The notes beneath the pieces are model-generated. The model was not told where the DNA came from. It worked only from the letters and a program-made list of their open reading frames with translations, and did not search any database. The position numbers were made by a program, and so were the translations under genes. This document shows positions 14,011-27,967 of a stretch of 64,000 nt of DNA, piece after piece. Source of the stretch: Amoebophrya sp. A120 (taxonomy: Eukaryota; Protista; Dinoflagellata); contig CAJINV010000012.1 in assembly GCA_905178155.1 (NCBI GenBank), positions 2,196,166 to 2,260,165 of the forward strand, written 5' to 3'. Numbering within the stretch: position 1 is the stretch's first letter; every line of letters begins with the position of its first letter.

Positions 14011-17000
14011 TCACGGTTGGAACCCCTGCTGTTTCAACTTTTTCCCTTGTCTTTTCCGTTCCTTTTTTTCTGCTCGCTCCTTCATCCGCTGAATTTGCTC
14101 TTCCACGGAGTTTTTGTTCTCCGCTGGTTGCACGTTCCCCACGCCGTTCTCAAACCCCCTTCCGTGGTAGAATTTCTGCGCCAGGGACTTCATCCGTTCC
14201 GCGCGCTCGTCCAGGATTCGCTGCTCCTTTCGCTCTTTGTGCCGTCTCTTCCGCGCGGCCTCCGCGGAAAGAATGGTAGAATCGGCCGAGGAAGAGTCGC
14301 TGTCAGATGAATCTTCATCCGTTTCCTCTTCCTCTTCGGAACCATCTTCCCCTTCCTCTGGTGACTTATCCGTCGTTTGTTTCTTCGAAGAAACGGATTT
14401 GTTGTCGTCGTCATCGGCAGATTTTGAGGTCCCAACGGAATCTCTCGTCGCGGACCGGGATAGTTGCCCCGGCTTTTGATGGCCGCTCCCCGTGTCCGAC
14501 TTCTGATCTTCGTCTTTGGAGGATTTTTCACCCTTGGACGATTTTTCGTCGAGATTTTTCTCGCTGGCAGTTCCGTCTTTGGAAGATTTTCGCTCCCCAG
14601 AAACGTCTTCGATGGCTAGATCGTCTTTCTTCTTTTTCTTCCTTTTCTTCTTCCCCTGTCCCTCCACTCCCACCTTCGTCCCGTAGTTTTGGTTGTCCGT
14701 CATGCGCGCGAAAAACTGCCGGTTTTCCTCCTGCGCGATGAACACCTTGATCTGCGCCCAGATCTGCCGCCCGAAGCAGTACGCCACGATCCCGGATAAC
14801 ACAAGGATCACGATAAAAATCACCGCAAACACCTGCGCAATGACGTCCGCGCTGTCCTCGTCTTCCTTGTTAAGAGCCGCGGCCGCGGCGGCTGCGGCGT
14901 CCCGCTCCTCCTTCGTGCAGTACAAAGGCGCGGGGTTTCCGCCGCGACAGCACCCCTTCTGCCGCACCCCCGCGGAATCACAGTACCCGTGCGTGAAGCG
15001 TTGTTGCAGATACTCACACCCCTCCGACCCCTTCCGGAAATTCAGCGCCCAGTGGTACTCGACTTCGTTGCAGGTAACCCCGCCCCCGTTCTCGTAGCCG
15101 CCGTCGATGGCGCAGCGCTGGTCGGTCACGTAGCGGTTCACAGTGACCATGTTCTCCGGCTGCCGCATGTTCGAGGCTCTTCTGATGTTCAACCCCGATA
15201 AGATGATCGAGTCCCGGGTGCTGCTCGCGTAGATTCGCATGATCAACGTCCCAATCCCGGTGGCGTGCGCGTACCCCTCCTGCGCGGGTTCGTTCAGCCC
15301 CTTTGTGTACCCGAGTTCTGTCATCGGGTTCCACTTCTTGTGGTAGATGTAGGGCTCGCGGACCAAGTACTCGTCAGAAATTTTTATCAAATGCAAAAGC
15401 GTATGGGTCTGGAAGATTCTAAACTTGTGATGCTGTCTCTGGATTCGAAAAAAATTTGTATTGCGTGACCAGTAAGAGGAGAAGATTTTGTGCTTCACGG
15501 AGATAGATAGATTTGTCATGCGGAATAGGCATGAGGAAGCGCTCTAAAAATCTGTGATGCTACGCCATGCATTACAGGCATTATGGATCATGCAAAATAT
15601 GCATGACAAGCCTTGCAATCTTCCAGACCCAGACAATTTTGCAGTTGATAATTTTGTTCTGGTTCCCGTTCGACTGCGACGGGGAATTCGACCCGACCGG
15701 GGTGTCGCCGTAATTCAGCCTCTGCACGTCCATCGTCATGTTGTAGGTCGTGTTTAAGGTCCAGGGATTTTCCTCGAGGTATTGAAACAGCTCGTAGCGG
15801 TACAATGCTCCGGGGACCAGGTTCTCCACGCGAATGAAGACTTGTTGGATGTGCGTGCAGGCCATGACCGAACGGAACGGCCGGGTGGGGGAGCCGCCTC
15901 GGTGCGTGCAGGGAGACAGAGCGAACTTCTCCGTCACGAGCTTCGCTTTGTACAGACCCGGCGTGTCGTGCGTCCCCTCCAAAGCGTACTCTCGTTCCGA
16001 CGCCACGCCAGTCCGTAAATTCGACGTTTCCCCGATGTCAAACATGGGGGTTCGGTAAAACTGCCGCCGTTGCGAGTCCGGAACGACAAGTTGCTCGATA
16101 AATCCGCTCATCACCAGCGGCTCCGTGTTCAACGCCATGCACTGAGCGCCGGTCGTTTGCGTTCTTTCCATGACGCCGTAGATCGCGTCGATCCCGGTGC
16201 CGCAAATCGTGCACCTTTGTTGGTTCATCGGGCGACAGCAGGTGGATTCATATTCCCGTTTGTACGCTAAGCACAGAATGTCGTTGTCGTACGCCCGCGT
16301 GAACGCTTCCAAATTGATGTCCCGGCAGAACCGCTGCGCGGGTTCTAGATAATTTCCACCCACCGCCATGCAGTCCGCGAGGGACTTGATCTGGATAATG
16401 GTCTCCTCCGTGTTTAAATACAGACTTTCCCGGATTTCGTACCCGCTGGTCAGCGTCCGCTTCACGCAGCGAAAACCCGCGGGCTCGTCTGCGGTGATCA
16501 TCCGATTATGCAATACAAATTTCCCGTACATGTACAAAACGCATGACAAATCTCGCTAACTTTGAGTGTCAAATTTGCCATGCTGACTAAGAGTGAAGAT
16601 CAGTTTTGTCATGTTGCGGAGACAGCATTTGTACGTGTACGGGAAAATATTTACTGTGGGTACAGATTCGCCGGATCGCACAGGTAGCACGTTTTGGGGT
16701 CGATGTCGATGCTATCAAATGTAAAAATGTCTGGGTCTGGAAGAATGCGCGATTTGTCATGCTTCTCTGGCATGACTCTTAAATCTGTCATGCAGGTTAC
16801 CCAAGAGCCCCACTTTCCTGTCATGCAAAAACGCGGTTTGTCATGCAGAATAGGCAACACCTAGAAGCTCAGAAACTTGTCATGCTGAGCCAGCACTTAT
16901 GGCTTCCTCATGATACGCCACCCAGCATCACAAGTTTCCAGACCCAGACATTTTTACATTTGATAGATGCGTGGGATGCCCGTGCCCATCCCGAGCGATT

Positions 17001-17598
17001 GGAGAGCACGTGAATCATTTTCGTCAGTGCTTTTTGCAATTCCAGTTTCGAAAGGACCAGCACTCATCTGTCGCAGCTTCTTCTCCGCGATCGCCTCGTG
17101 GAGATCGCGCTGCTCAATTTGTTCCTTCATGATTCGAAGTTTGTACTCCTCTGGGTCTTCGTAGGGCGTTGGCGGAAGCTTCTCCGGCGCCGGGCTTTGG
17201 TCGACAAGTCGGAGTTTCCGGTTGGACAGAAGGGAGTTTTTCACTTTCAGCTGGAGGTGTGCTGGCGTTGGTGTAGTTAATATCTTCGGGGAAGTCGAGG
17301 TCGACGTCTTCTGCTGCTGCTGGTGCTCGTCCTTCACGATAGCATTCGCTGGGGACGAGGATTTTTCCGTTTTCGCCAACATCCGAGTTGTGGTCTCGCC
17401 AGCATCCGGTGTAGTCCCTCGTGTAGGACGACCCGCGAGCGACCCATCGGCAGCGTACGGGTTTTCAACAACTCCAGGCGCATTTTTATCGGCGGAGACT
17501 GCTGTTGAGCTGCACCAGAAAACTACGGAGCTGCTGCCCACCAGGCTGCGGATCAGCTGGAGCATAAAGAACCTCCGGCGCTGGTGGAAAAAGCTCAT
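14011..17598 (-). CDS. Hypothetical type I membrane protein (signal peptide, Cys-containing ectodomain, TM, charged tail)
   Basis: ORFs 16954-17598, 15581-16549 and 14011-15519 are separated by three TIR elements; TM segment VFAVIFIVILVLSGIVAYCF. Confidence 0.78.
15385..15650. mobile_element. Introner-like TIR element, family A
   Basis: Flanked by atttt; family A TIR. Confidence 0.9.
16507..16662. mobile_element. Introner-like TIR element, family I
   Basis: Flanks ccgat/cagat; inverted repeat tttcccgtacatgtacaa / ttgtacgtgtacgggaaa; similar to 45159-45315. Confidence 0.85.
16713..16965. mobile_element. Introner-like TIR element, family A (young subfamily)
   Basis: Flanked by gatgc; perfect 30-bp TIR tatcaaatgtaaaaatgtctgggtctggaa. 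Confidence 0.93.
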
Positions 17599-18691
17599 TT
17601 TTCTCTGCCGGTGGGCCGTTCAATCAAATCGGGTTTCAAATTTGGTGAATCGTGAAAAAATCGTAAAAAGGACGAAACTTGTTGCATCAGGAGTAGGTAA
17701 ACTGGGGGTGTTTCTAAAACTTTCTAGAGGGACTACTAGATCGGGGAGATCATAGTACGTAAATTGCATGGAATAATCTTCTATGGGTGAGCGTGAGCTT
17801 TTCTTCTACTTACTTGCATGAATGTGGGCCTGTGCATACAGTTGTGTTCGTAAAAAGGTATCAACGCAATAGTAGACCGTCGCCATGGGCTTACGACACC
17901 TGACCAAGGCGTCCTCGTTGCACGACAACATACTGGCTGGATACTTTTCACGACAGAAGGCACGATGTTTTGTACGAAGTGCAGCGATGCTGGCGCACGA
18001 TACCGATTACCATTTTATCATTGTTAAAATATTTTATAGAGAACCGACGGCAGTGTAGTCCTGTGTTGTTCCTGTAAATTGGAGTAGTTCCTATGTTTAA
18101 TGTCTCTCTAAGTACTAGTGGAGGACCGAACATTTTCCGTGCCTGGTTCATCTAGTACTTCATCCATACAAGTACAACACGAACCGAAGGGCACAACGAA
18201 AGCGCGCACTTGACTCTGACGGTAGCAAATAAAAATCCAGCCACCAGCGGCGCACCGAAACACGAACAGCAGCTCCTGAAAGTGGCGAAATTGCAGACAT
18301 GATCTTCTAAGTCTTCTTGGTGGAAATAGTGCGAGCACTGCGATAGAATTCAGATGAGCCAAAGAATGCGGATTCAAAATCTTCTGAAGCTCTCCTTTGC
18401 CTTTTTTTACATTAACAGTGATATCCATCGTATTCATCAAAGCCAAAACCTATTCGTCGACACAAAGGAATCAGCATAAGTGGCCTAATATCTGCATGAC
18501 TATGAATAAGGCGCGCAGTCTCTATGTGTGTAAACGACACGACCAGAAGAAGAAGGTGGATCTGCATTGTTTCAAAACAAGCGGCCTGTTCTCCTGCTCA
18601 GCTTTCGATCATCACCAAACGAAACTATCTCCAGCTCCCCTCCGTCTGGTATAATCATGCCAAACAGCCAACACGACCTAAATCCGATTCC

Positions 18692-21600
18692 TCATGCAAC
18701 CAGCCAGTCGTCGTCTGCTCCATGCTCCTTCCCGGTGCTCATACTCCCACTGTGCGGCTTCGGCTTCGTCGGCATCACTTCGATCAAGTCCAACCCGTTC
18801 TCAATTTTCGCTAACCTCGACTTCAATACCTTCCAGTGTTCCCACGAGCCAACGAGAAAGCCGAGACACAGCGAACTGTTGATCTGGTCGAAACCTAGGG
18901 ACCCGCAACACTTCCCGGAGAGATCGGTTATGGGAAGTGCCAGGATTGAAATCGACAAAGTTGAGATAGTTTGTCATGCATAAAGCCGATACCAGTTGGA
19001 AGCCCAATATCCAAGCGGCGCATGGCAAATTTTCCGAGCACCGGATTCCAATTTGTCATGCTGTTTAGGGACAGAAGGCGTATTTTGTCATGCTACTAGA
19101 GCAGCTCTATCTCAAACCCTAAACAGGCTCACAATCGGCCTCACTTGCCATCCCGGCAAGACAGGCATTTCATGCCTTGCATTTTATGCATGACAAATCA
19201 CTTCAACTTTGTCGATTTCAAACCTGACGCTTCCATATCAGCCCGTCGCTCCATGTCGGTGTAGTCGGGAGCTATCCTGTGCAAAAGTATCGCGCTCGTA
19301 CAAATTGCGTTTATGCATTACAAATCTCTTTACTAAGGAAAATCCGCATTACAAATTTGATTTGTAACGCTAAGTGAATTTGTAATGCAATTTATACTAG
19401 TACGATACTTTTGCAGTTCATAGGAACGGTATCGGACCCGTTCGCCTGCGTGGTTTTCTGCAGCGCATCGAGAACAATGCAGTGGGGGTCGAAGTAGAGG
19501 AGTTGTTCGGTGGTGTTTTGCTGCGGATCGGTGCTAAAAACACACCCGGTAAACCAGTGCGCGGAGGCGCCCTCGTTGCCGGATCCGATACCGATGAACT
19601 CCGGTAGGCGGAAGAGGGCGGACAGTGCGGATTGGTATTGCAGTTGCTTGTTCGACTCGTCATACCCCAGTTGCCGGCACACCCAGAAGAGCACGTGCGT
19701 GTGTCGTTTTCTCTGTTGCCTCTGCACCGCCGGTGTGCCGCTGGCGTGCGACATGTCAGCGGATTTGTTTTTTGGTGAGGAAGTAGAATTGGATGCTGGT
19801 GCTGCTGACGTCGGGGCTTTTTGTTTTTGTTTTGACGAAGAACTACTACTAGGTGCCGCGCCCGAGGCCTCGCCTTCAAACCCAACCGGTCGGTGGTGGG
19901 GTCGTCCGTAGTTGTGTCTATTGCTGCTTATATTTTTACCTTGCTGCCGTAGTATTTCTACTTGTTGCGCGTAGTAGTTCCCATCGTAGTCCGCGTATCC
20001 GTAGCCCAAGTCCGCGGTGACGTGTTTTCTGTTCCGCTGCAAAGCCTATCAACTGCAAATATCCCCGGATGTCTGGAAGGATCCGAACTAGTGATGCGTG
20101 CTTCGGATACTACAAAGATCTGTGATGCATAACGTGCTAAAGATCGCGCCCACTTCTGGCCATGCTGAGAGGGCATTTCTCATGCAGAATACGCATCACC
20201 AAGGAGCTGCAGAACCTGTGATGCTAGGCCCTGCATTCCAGACGTGGGGGAGCTTGGAAAAACTGCATGCCAAATCTCGGAATCTCCTACATGACCCAGA
20301 CATTTTTGCATTTGATAAAGCCTTCTGCTGCATGGTGGTGTATCTCGTGTAGTCTATGCCGAGTGCATCCTGTTCCGCAGCCTCATCTTCACTCCCGAAC
20401 TGAATTGTGAGTAAAAACGTCCCCACACACAAGTCAAGATGGGGATCTCGCAACACAAATCCAGAAGCTTTGGGAGTCACGCATGGCAAGTTCCTCTCTG
20501 CAGTGTAGTGTAGTGACGCAAGTTCAGCCGCATCACAAACCCATCTGCCCATCCTGTTTCCAGCATCAGAAATTCCAAAACACGATTGGAAATGCCTCTC
20601 ATGGGGATGCACATGACAAATCTTCCTGCAATTGCAAATCTGCATGACAACTCCGGGGTGGGGATGTTTTTACTCAGGATAAAGTATGGATCTTGATCAT
20701 CCTCCCCCGCATCGATATTGTTGTAGTCGTTCGAGGATCCCGCAGCTGTTGTGCTATTGGAAAAATTATCGTTGTTGTAATTATAGGAACCACTACTACT
20801 TCCAGGAGCTTGATGGTGTTCTATTGGCGTAACTGTTGACCCCTCCCCCCTAGCGCGTGCTTTTAGTGATTGTTTTCTCTCTGCGAGCGAAGGTCCACTA
20901 CTGTTTGCCCCCGCAGTGTATGCATTGCAAAAGTGCCTGGGTCTGGAAGATTGTCAGATTTGTCATGCAGCTTTCCCATGACCCATGAGGTCTGGAATGC
21001 AGGGCCTAGCATGACAGATTCTGTGGGATCTTTCTCATGCCTATCCTGCATGAGAAACTGCCTCCCGACTTGGTCAAAACTGGACGACTTTTGGTAATCA
21101 TGCAACACAGATTTTTGCATGCTTCAGATTTAGCATGCCAAATTGCATTATTCCAGACCCAGACATTTTTACATATACATTTGATACAGTGTACATGGAT
21201 TCCAAATTGCTCTGCGGGAGATTTTATCCTGTGCAAAAGTATCGCACTCGTAGTGATTGCTGCTATGCATGACAAATCTCCTTTTTAAGGTAAAACAGCA
21301 TTACAAATTTCATTTGTAATCATACCAAGCAAATTTCAAATTTGTAATGCAATTGCTACTACTAGTGCGATGCTTTTGCACAGGATAGATTTGACCCAAC
21401 CACCACATTGTCCCCCGCTGCTCTACTCGAAGTGAACATGGACCGCAACACATCTTCGTACACCGGCCCGTCATATCAAATGCAAATATGTCTGGGTCTG
21501 GAAGAGTGGAACTTGTAATGCTGTCTGCGTATTCTAGAAATATCTGTGTTGCATGAGCAGCAAAAGGAGTCAGTTCTCGGCACGCGGAGAACGCATTTGT

Positions 21601-22394
21601 CATGCGTAATTAGCAGCAAGAAGCTCTCAAAAAATCTGTGATGCTACTAGCACCAGCATCACAAACCTGTCGGGTCATGCAAAATGTGCATGACAAGCCC
21701 CGTCTCTTCCAGACCCGGAGACTTTTACAACCCATACGTCAGAGAAGCACACGCTCCGCAAGTCCAGGTCCACCGGACACTTGTTGATCAACTTCGCGGC
21801 TACTTGCGCAGAGCTCGTTGGGCCGAACCAGGTCCCCGGCGGTTTTGAGAGTTTCTCGTTTCCGACCTTGCAGAAGTTGTGAATGCTGAAGGGCGCTGTG
21901 GGGCGGTCGTAGAACAAGGAAACGAAATCCTCCTCGTCGATCTCATCTTCCACGTCAGACATGTCCTCCTCCATTTGCTTCTTCGAATTTTGCTTCTTCA
22001 CGAAGATGCTGTGGTCCACCCGCCGGACCGCCTCCCCGACCATCATCTGCATCACGCGGATCATGCAGCCGAAACCCGCGTCGCCGGAGATTTGATAGCC
22101 GTCGTTGTCGTAAAGATCCTCGATGTTGTAACGGTAGGGGAACACGACGCGCGTTTGAAACGCTTTCCGAAATCGCTCCGCGTCTATTTTCGACGAAGCT
22201 CCCTGTTCGGGGGAATTCCCGTCGTTCAGCGCATCCATGAAATCAAATTCTTTCCCGAGAAACTCGACAATCACCAGTCGGTCTGACGTGCCCCCGGCGC
22301 AGAAGGCGACGACGTCAAACCCCCGACCGCCCACCGCCTTTTTCGTCCGCTCCCAGACGCCACGAGAAGCGGCCGCGATCCAACCAAAAACCAT
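18692..22394 (-). CDS. ATG4: ATG4-like cysteine protease (peptidase C54), split by 7 introners
   Basis: Motifs FPYR, GDAGFGCMIRVMQM (catalytic Cys), APFSIHNF, PGTWFGP, SAHWFTG, LLYFDPH (Asp/His) and NSSLCLGF appear in the expected order. Confidence 0.88.
18929..19237. mobile_element. Introner-like TIR element, family B (inverted relative to 3175 and 35599)
   Basis: Flanks tcggt/tcagc; family B TIR. Confidence 0.87.
19273..19422. mobile_element. Introner-like TIR element, family D
   Basis: Flanks ggagc/ggaac; ends tatcctgtgcaaaagtatcg / cgatacttttgcagttcata. Confidence 0.88.
20047..20317. mobile_element. Introner-like TIR element, family A
   Basis: Flanked by aagcc; removal gives QKA|LQRNRK. 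Confidence 0.9.
20403..20681. mobile_element. Introner-like TIR element, family C, eroded left end
   Basis: tgagtaaaaacgtccccac / gtggggatgtttttactcaggata; flanks degenerate (aactg/aagta); frame DPY|FGSE is restored. Confidence 0.82.
20919..21186. mobile_element. Introner-like TIR element, family A
   Basis: Flanked by cagtg; family A TIR. Confidence 0.9.
21225..21387. mobile_element. Introner-like TIR element, family D
   Basis: Flanked by gattt; ends tatcctgtgcaaaag / cttttgcacaggata. Confidence 0.92.
21474..21736. mobile_element. Introner-like TIR element, family A
   Basis: Flanked by cgtca; removal gives CFSD|GPVYED. Confidence 0.9.
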
Positions 22395-23628
22395 GCTTTT
22401 GCGTTTGGTTTTGTTCACGACAAAAACGGTGTTCAATTTCTCCTGGTGCCAAACAAGAAGAACCGGAAGACGAGAAAGAGGATGAGGACCCAAAACAGCG
22501 GAAGGAGAAACTTATTCGTCCATTCCTAACGCAGCTGCTTGCGGAGGGGGCCCGCCAGGGTCGACGGTTGTCCGGTTTGAATGTTTCATCTTTATGTGGC
22601 CATTTCGCTCGAATGAAGAATAGGGAGCTCCGGAACTGCAGGTGGGGCACGTACGTAAGTAAGTAGATTCTCCCGGGTCTAATGCGCAAAGCGGAAAAAA
22701 ATTGGTGAATACAGAAAACATGTTCACCGGGGGTGCTATACGCGATTTGTGGTTGATGTTGAGGGGAAAATAGGTAATGTACAAGGGGTGGTATTAGAAT
22801 GGGTTTGATGAGTCCTGAGATAGAGATTGTCGTCATTGCATTTTGTTTTATTTTTCAAAATCCACAGACGAGAAAGTGTAGCACACAACAAGTGCGGAAA
22901 AGGTAGCACTGATTCGAACGGCTATCGTGGTAGCAAAAACAAGATGAAAGTCGTACGAAGATAATGCCTTGAGACTATGGAGACTGTACGGAATTAAAAA
23001 TTTGCCGCGATGAACGAGCAACAGAATCCTCTCTCAACATGTTAACTCGGAAAAAACCGAAAACTTTTTAATATTTCCACACAGATGTAGCTATTACCTA
23101 CGCTCGGCGCCATCAATATACCGACTGGCTTATAATTGCTCTTTCTTGGACGTAAATCTGGTGGAGCAAAAGTCAAATGGACGGACGTACCAATAAACCG
23201 AAAATATTTTCTACTCTGCGTGAAGAAGACTCGTCAATGACACTTCTTTCAACTACGAGCGTTGCTGCGTGTCTCTTGCAGTAGAACCGCCATGAAAGAC
23301 GAGGAGCGAGAGGCATCTTCACATGAACATAGTCATGCGTGCGGAAAAAGAACATGTCCGACGGCGACGGTAGTAGCAACACCGCCACATTCGTCCAAGC
23401 ATTTGATGGGCTTGTTTCTCGGAAAAAAAATCTTCGTCTTTATATACCATTTATGTCTTTGTTGTAAAAAACTCCAAGTTGTGGATTTATTTGTGTGGAT
23501 GTGAATCAAAAAAAAGTTTCCAACAAGAACTACACGGGGGGTTCCGTTTTTTTCATTTTCGGTTGTACAAAAAACGCAATTGACGAGTTCCAGATCACGA
23601 CGAAGTAAAAAGTTGGTTCTTTTTTCCG

Positions 23629-26600
23629 TCACTTTTTGAACCCACCCTTCTTTCCGCCTTTCCCTTTTCCCTTCCCCTTGCCCGTCAGTTGCGTTTGTAA
23701 AAACCCATCGCCATCATCGCCCTCCTGTTGCCATTTTTGACTTTCGTACCCACCTGGCTGCTGCACCAGCGATTCCTGGAGGAAGTCAAATGAGCCGGAA
23801 GGTGGGCCGGAATGTTGCGGTTGCGGCTGGGGCTGCTGTTGTTCTTGTGCTGGCGGTGGTATTGATGCGCTACTGGTTTTATTTCCACCACCACCTTTTC
23901 CTCCTCCTTCGGAAACTACATTATTTTTCCCTTTATTCATCTCGCCCGGAAGATTATTACCGCCTTTATTCATCGTCCCCTTCTTCTTCCCGCTTTTTCC
24001 AGGAACATACGCCCCTCTCTCGCCCTTCCAACCCTTGGCGTCCTGCTCTTCTCTTGTCAGCGCCTGGTTGGATTTTGACTCCAGGGGTGCGTTGTTCAAA
24101 AAGGACGGGTTCATACTGTTGTAGGTCATCGGCGCGTATGGATTGCAAAAATGTCTGGGTCTGTAATGCTGTCTGCGAATTCTAAAAGTATCTGTGTCGC
24201 ATGAGCCGCAAGACGAGTCAGCTCTTGGCACGCGGAGAGGGCATTTCTCATGCGTAATTAGCATCAAAAAGCTTTCAAAAAATCTGTGATGCTAGCACCA
24301 GCATCAAAGACCTCACGGGTCATGCAAAATGTGCATGACAGGTCCCGACTCTTCCAGACCCAGACACTTTTGCAGTTGATAGTGCGCCGGGTTGCTGTAA
24401 TGGGTCCTTGTTATTTTCCGCCGCTTCCCTCCTTTTTTTCTCCGCCAGCTCCTCTCGCCCCGGTATTGAGAGGAAAAATCCCCCCACCCCATATGGAAAA
24501 GGTATGTTTCCAGAAATTTGTGTTGCGGATTTGAGGTCACAGATCACATCTGTCTTGCAAGAAGACGAGGGCAGAAGCGTCCGGCCCATTATGCAAGCGA
24601 TTTGTCATGGTCTTGGGCCTAAAGGGGAGCCTTTTGCCATGCTGAACAACTAGACCCATACGCGCCTACCTAGCCGGGGGACCTGGCCGCAATGCCTCTC
24701 TGCAATACAAAGCTGATTTGTGGCCACAAATCAGCATCACAAGTTTCCGCTTTGATATGGGGAGGGGGGATTTTTCATTTTGATACCCGGCCCGGCGTTT
24801 GCGGACGTCTTTTGCGCCCACTGGATCCGCAACGTGTGGCCCTTGATCTTCAGATTTCGGTACAGTTTATCGGCCGCGGCTTCTGCGCCTTCGCGGGTTT
24901 TGTAGTTGATAAACGCGCAGGACTGCTTTGGGATCGGCTTTACCGCCTTCAGTTCTCCGTGCACGTAGAAAACGCCGCGGAGATCTTGCTCGGTGATGGA
25001 GGGATCGACACCTGTGGGGAGGTATGGTGTCCTTAGGTCGTGTGTGATGTATTGATTTATTGCAGTTCTTTGTCATGCAAAAATCCTAGACGAGAATTTC
25101 ACTCTGTCATGCGAAATTCACTTCGGGATAGATACTTCTGAAAAAGAAAAGCTATATCTAGTATCCTGAGTACCTCCAACGTACAACGTGGTGATGGATT
25201 TGTCGTCTGGTGGCTTCAAGGTATACATTTCCTTTGCTTGTCGAAATATTTTGTTGGCCACCGGATCGTTGACACCGTGAAAACGGTCCCGGATTTTCTG
25301 ATTTGCCAACTCTCCTGTTTCCGGCATCTCGTGACGATACGGACACTCGTCGCCGCGGTTACAGGTACCTGATAGGGTGTATTGAACATCATCTTCATCA
25401 CGCTCACGCATGACAAGTCGCATTGTTTTCTACCTGATCTAGCATAGAAAATTGACTTCATCGCAAGTTGTTGGGAAATCTGTCATGCGACGTATCGTAT
25501 GCATCTTGAAAACCTAAACCAGAAAAAATATCAATCAATACCTTTCACGAAAAACGAGCAAATTTTCGCCTCGTTTCGCTTGTAGTAGGGATTTTTCCTT
25601 GCGTATCAAAAGGAAAAATCCCCCCGCCCCGTATCAAATGGGAAATCTGTGATGCAGGATTTGTGTACACAAATGCGCGCTGTCTTGCAATACGGCATCG
25701 CAGCCAGATCCGCAGCCTAGGGCGGGACGTTTTGGTCTAGTTGCTTAGCATTACACACAGCTGTCCCCTAGGCCCAACAGCATGCCAAACCGCTTCCATA
25801 AAGGCAGGGAAGCCTCTGCGTTTGTCTTCTTGCAAGACAGACGTGATTTGTGGTCTCAAATCAGCAAGACAAATTTTCGGAAGCATGCCTTTTCGATATG
25901 GGGAGGGGGGATTTTTCCTTTCAATATTGCGATTTTCATCAACATCGCGTTTTTCTCCTTTCCGTAAGGCAGTTCACCGGATTCTATTTTGGCCTGTTGC
26001 TGCTGGATGTAGTACTCCCGGTTTACGACACTGTCCGGCATATCTATCTTGTCCTGCTCGGCGAGATACCTGTTTTAGGTGGAAAGTTTTGTCGCAGAAG
26101 TTTTCATCTTCAAATTCTGTGGTGGGAGAAGGAGACAACTCGCCTAAACTAGACGCGGATGAACAAGAAAAACAGCAGGTTTTTTTCCAACACGCAGCTG
26201 TAGCGCTGCACGAGCATGATTCTTGGCGTAAGTGACACACGATCCTGCAGCAAGTTGATCTATCACGTGGGCCCCTCAGGTGGATATAGTATTTGTCATG
26301 CGAATCACAATCATGATCAAAACCATGTACAAGAAAATACTTGTCTCTGACTTGCACCGGCAACCCGTATTCCAGGTCGAACAGACACGTCTGGCAACAA
26401 TTTTTCAGTCGGCTGCACGTCTGGCACACCACTGTCGCTTTGTACCGCGCGTCGCCGCCGGGCTTCCACCGGAACAGGGTGAAGGGCCGCGTGCAGATTT
26501 TGCATTCCAACCCGAACGGCTCTTTCTCCATGCGCACAAACGGGTTGGGCCCGAGGCAGGTCTCGCACAGGATGGGGAACTCTGAGGTTTCCCACCCCTC

Positions 26601-26768
26601 CTTGTTGATGTCGGCTTTAATCACCATGTTATTATGCGCCTTTTCCAACGCGGACTGGGTGTTGCCGCTGGGCATACCCGTGCCCTCGGCTGGGATGCAG
26701 ACCACGGAAGAAGAAGACGCATGGGACCCGATATTCAGGTGCGTCTGGTCTGTCGTGCGGACCGACAT
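23629..26768 (-). CDS. RBM22: Pre-mRNA splicing factor RBM22/Slt11 (zinc fingers plus RRM)
   Basis: [22 protein letters not shown]...[16 protein letters not shown]...[18 protein letters not shown]; CCCH finger [14 protein letters not shown]; RRM TTLYVGG...CAFINY. GT-AG introns at 26071-26340, 25369-25541 and 25012-25173, plus 3 introners. Start codon uncertain. Confidence 0.93.
24137..24381. mobile_element. Introner-like TIR element, family A
   Basis: Flanks gcgcg/gtgcg; family A TIR. Confidence 0.88.
24464..24785. mobile_element. Introner-like TIR element, family F
   Basis: Flanked by cccgg; ends tattgagaggaaaaatccccccacccc / ggggaggggggatttttcattttgata. Confidence 0.9.
25604..25926. mobile_element. 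Introner-like TIR element, family F (inverted relative to 24464)
   Basis: Flanked by ttgcg; family F TIR. Confidence 0.9.
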
Positions 26769-27967
26769 CTTCGTCTGGTTGTGCCAGCTACTGGGAATTA
26801 AAAGGTAGTGGTGGCACTACGCAGGACAACGACCTCCGATGTGGATGTCAAGGTCGCGGTGTTGTACTTCCAAGCTCCTGTCGTCTGTGTGGCGGGCGGC
26901 CATGTGGTTCCTGGAACTTAGCGCATGTTCAATAAAAACAGTTTGGGGTAGTAGTAGTGCATATCCAACAAACCAAGTACCGCAATTTTTCGAGCTGCTT
27001 TCTCTTTCGATCAATCAAAAAATACAACCCTGTGCGTCGCTTACCCAAAATAAAGGTACAGTTTGTAGAGTCGCGTGCGCCGCCGTAGAATGTCCTATAT
27101 TGAAAAAAAACCTAAAGTTGCGATCTGCAGAGGCAACGAAAACCAATTTAGAAAACAGCTTTGCGCTTATTCAAGAGTACTATTCGTTGTCGGGGGCAGT
27201 CCGCAATCGTGTTAAATATCAATGAACAATTTTTTGCCAATGTGAAACGCTTGGGGGTCCTGACATTAATTAGTGGAATTTTGCATTGAGAATACACGGT
27301 CACCTCAAGGCAAGAAGAGCAAGACTGAAAACAGGAAAAAATCCGGAACATGTTCACAAATAGCAAGCACATACAACCCTCATTTTTCAAATCAATCATC
27401 TCATGCGACGACCCAATTTCATGTGTAAGTATCCAATTTGTATTTGAGCTAACAGGTACACATCAGTATAACGGATGATCGCTTTCTTGCCTTTTTCCCA
27501 AAATTTTGCTTGACCTGCAGATCGATCTCGTTTGCACCACTTTTCTTTTTCAAATGAACGTGAAGCACACCTTACTACACCGTCTTCAAAGCGAAAGTTT
27601 TGATCCTTTTGGTTCGCTGCCATTTTCTGCCATGTGTAGTAGGGACTCTCAAAGTTGTGGGGCCGTGTAGATAGTCCATCGAGCTCAAGGAACTACAGAC
27701 CACGTGAAACACACGACGATTTTGTCAGGGGATTTGTAACCAATTACACTCCTGATAGACATTCTTGGTCAAGGTTTGCACGCCGAGCTCCAGTTTCATC
27801 TTTGCTGTAGATTTTTCTTGACATGCAATCTTGCAAAAGGATCTCCCGACCAGAAACCGCTTCTCATTTACTTAGTGGTCATTTCGTCGATCGTTTCTAT
27901 TCAGACATCTTGCGTTCTTGTTCTCTACATCCTCTTGCGTATCCCATGCAGGAGCGTGTCGCTCGTT

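Noticed and set aside
18692-18715. C-terminal DDDWLVA of ATG4 as a LIR/AIM motif
   Set aside because: The position fits, but W-L-V-A lacks the L/I/V at +3, so it is not called
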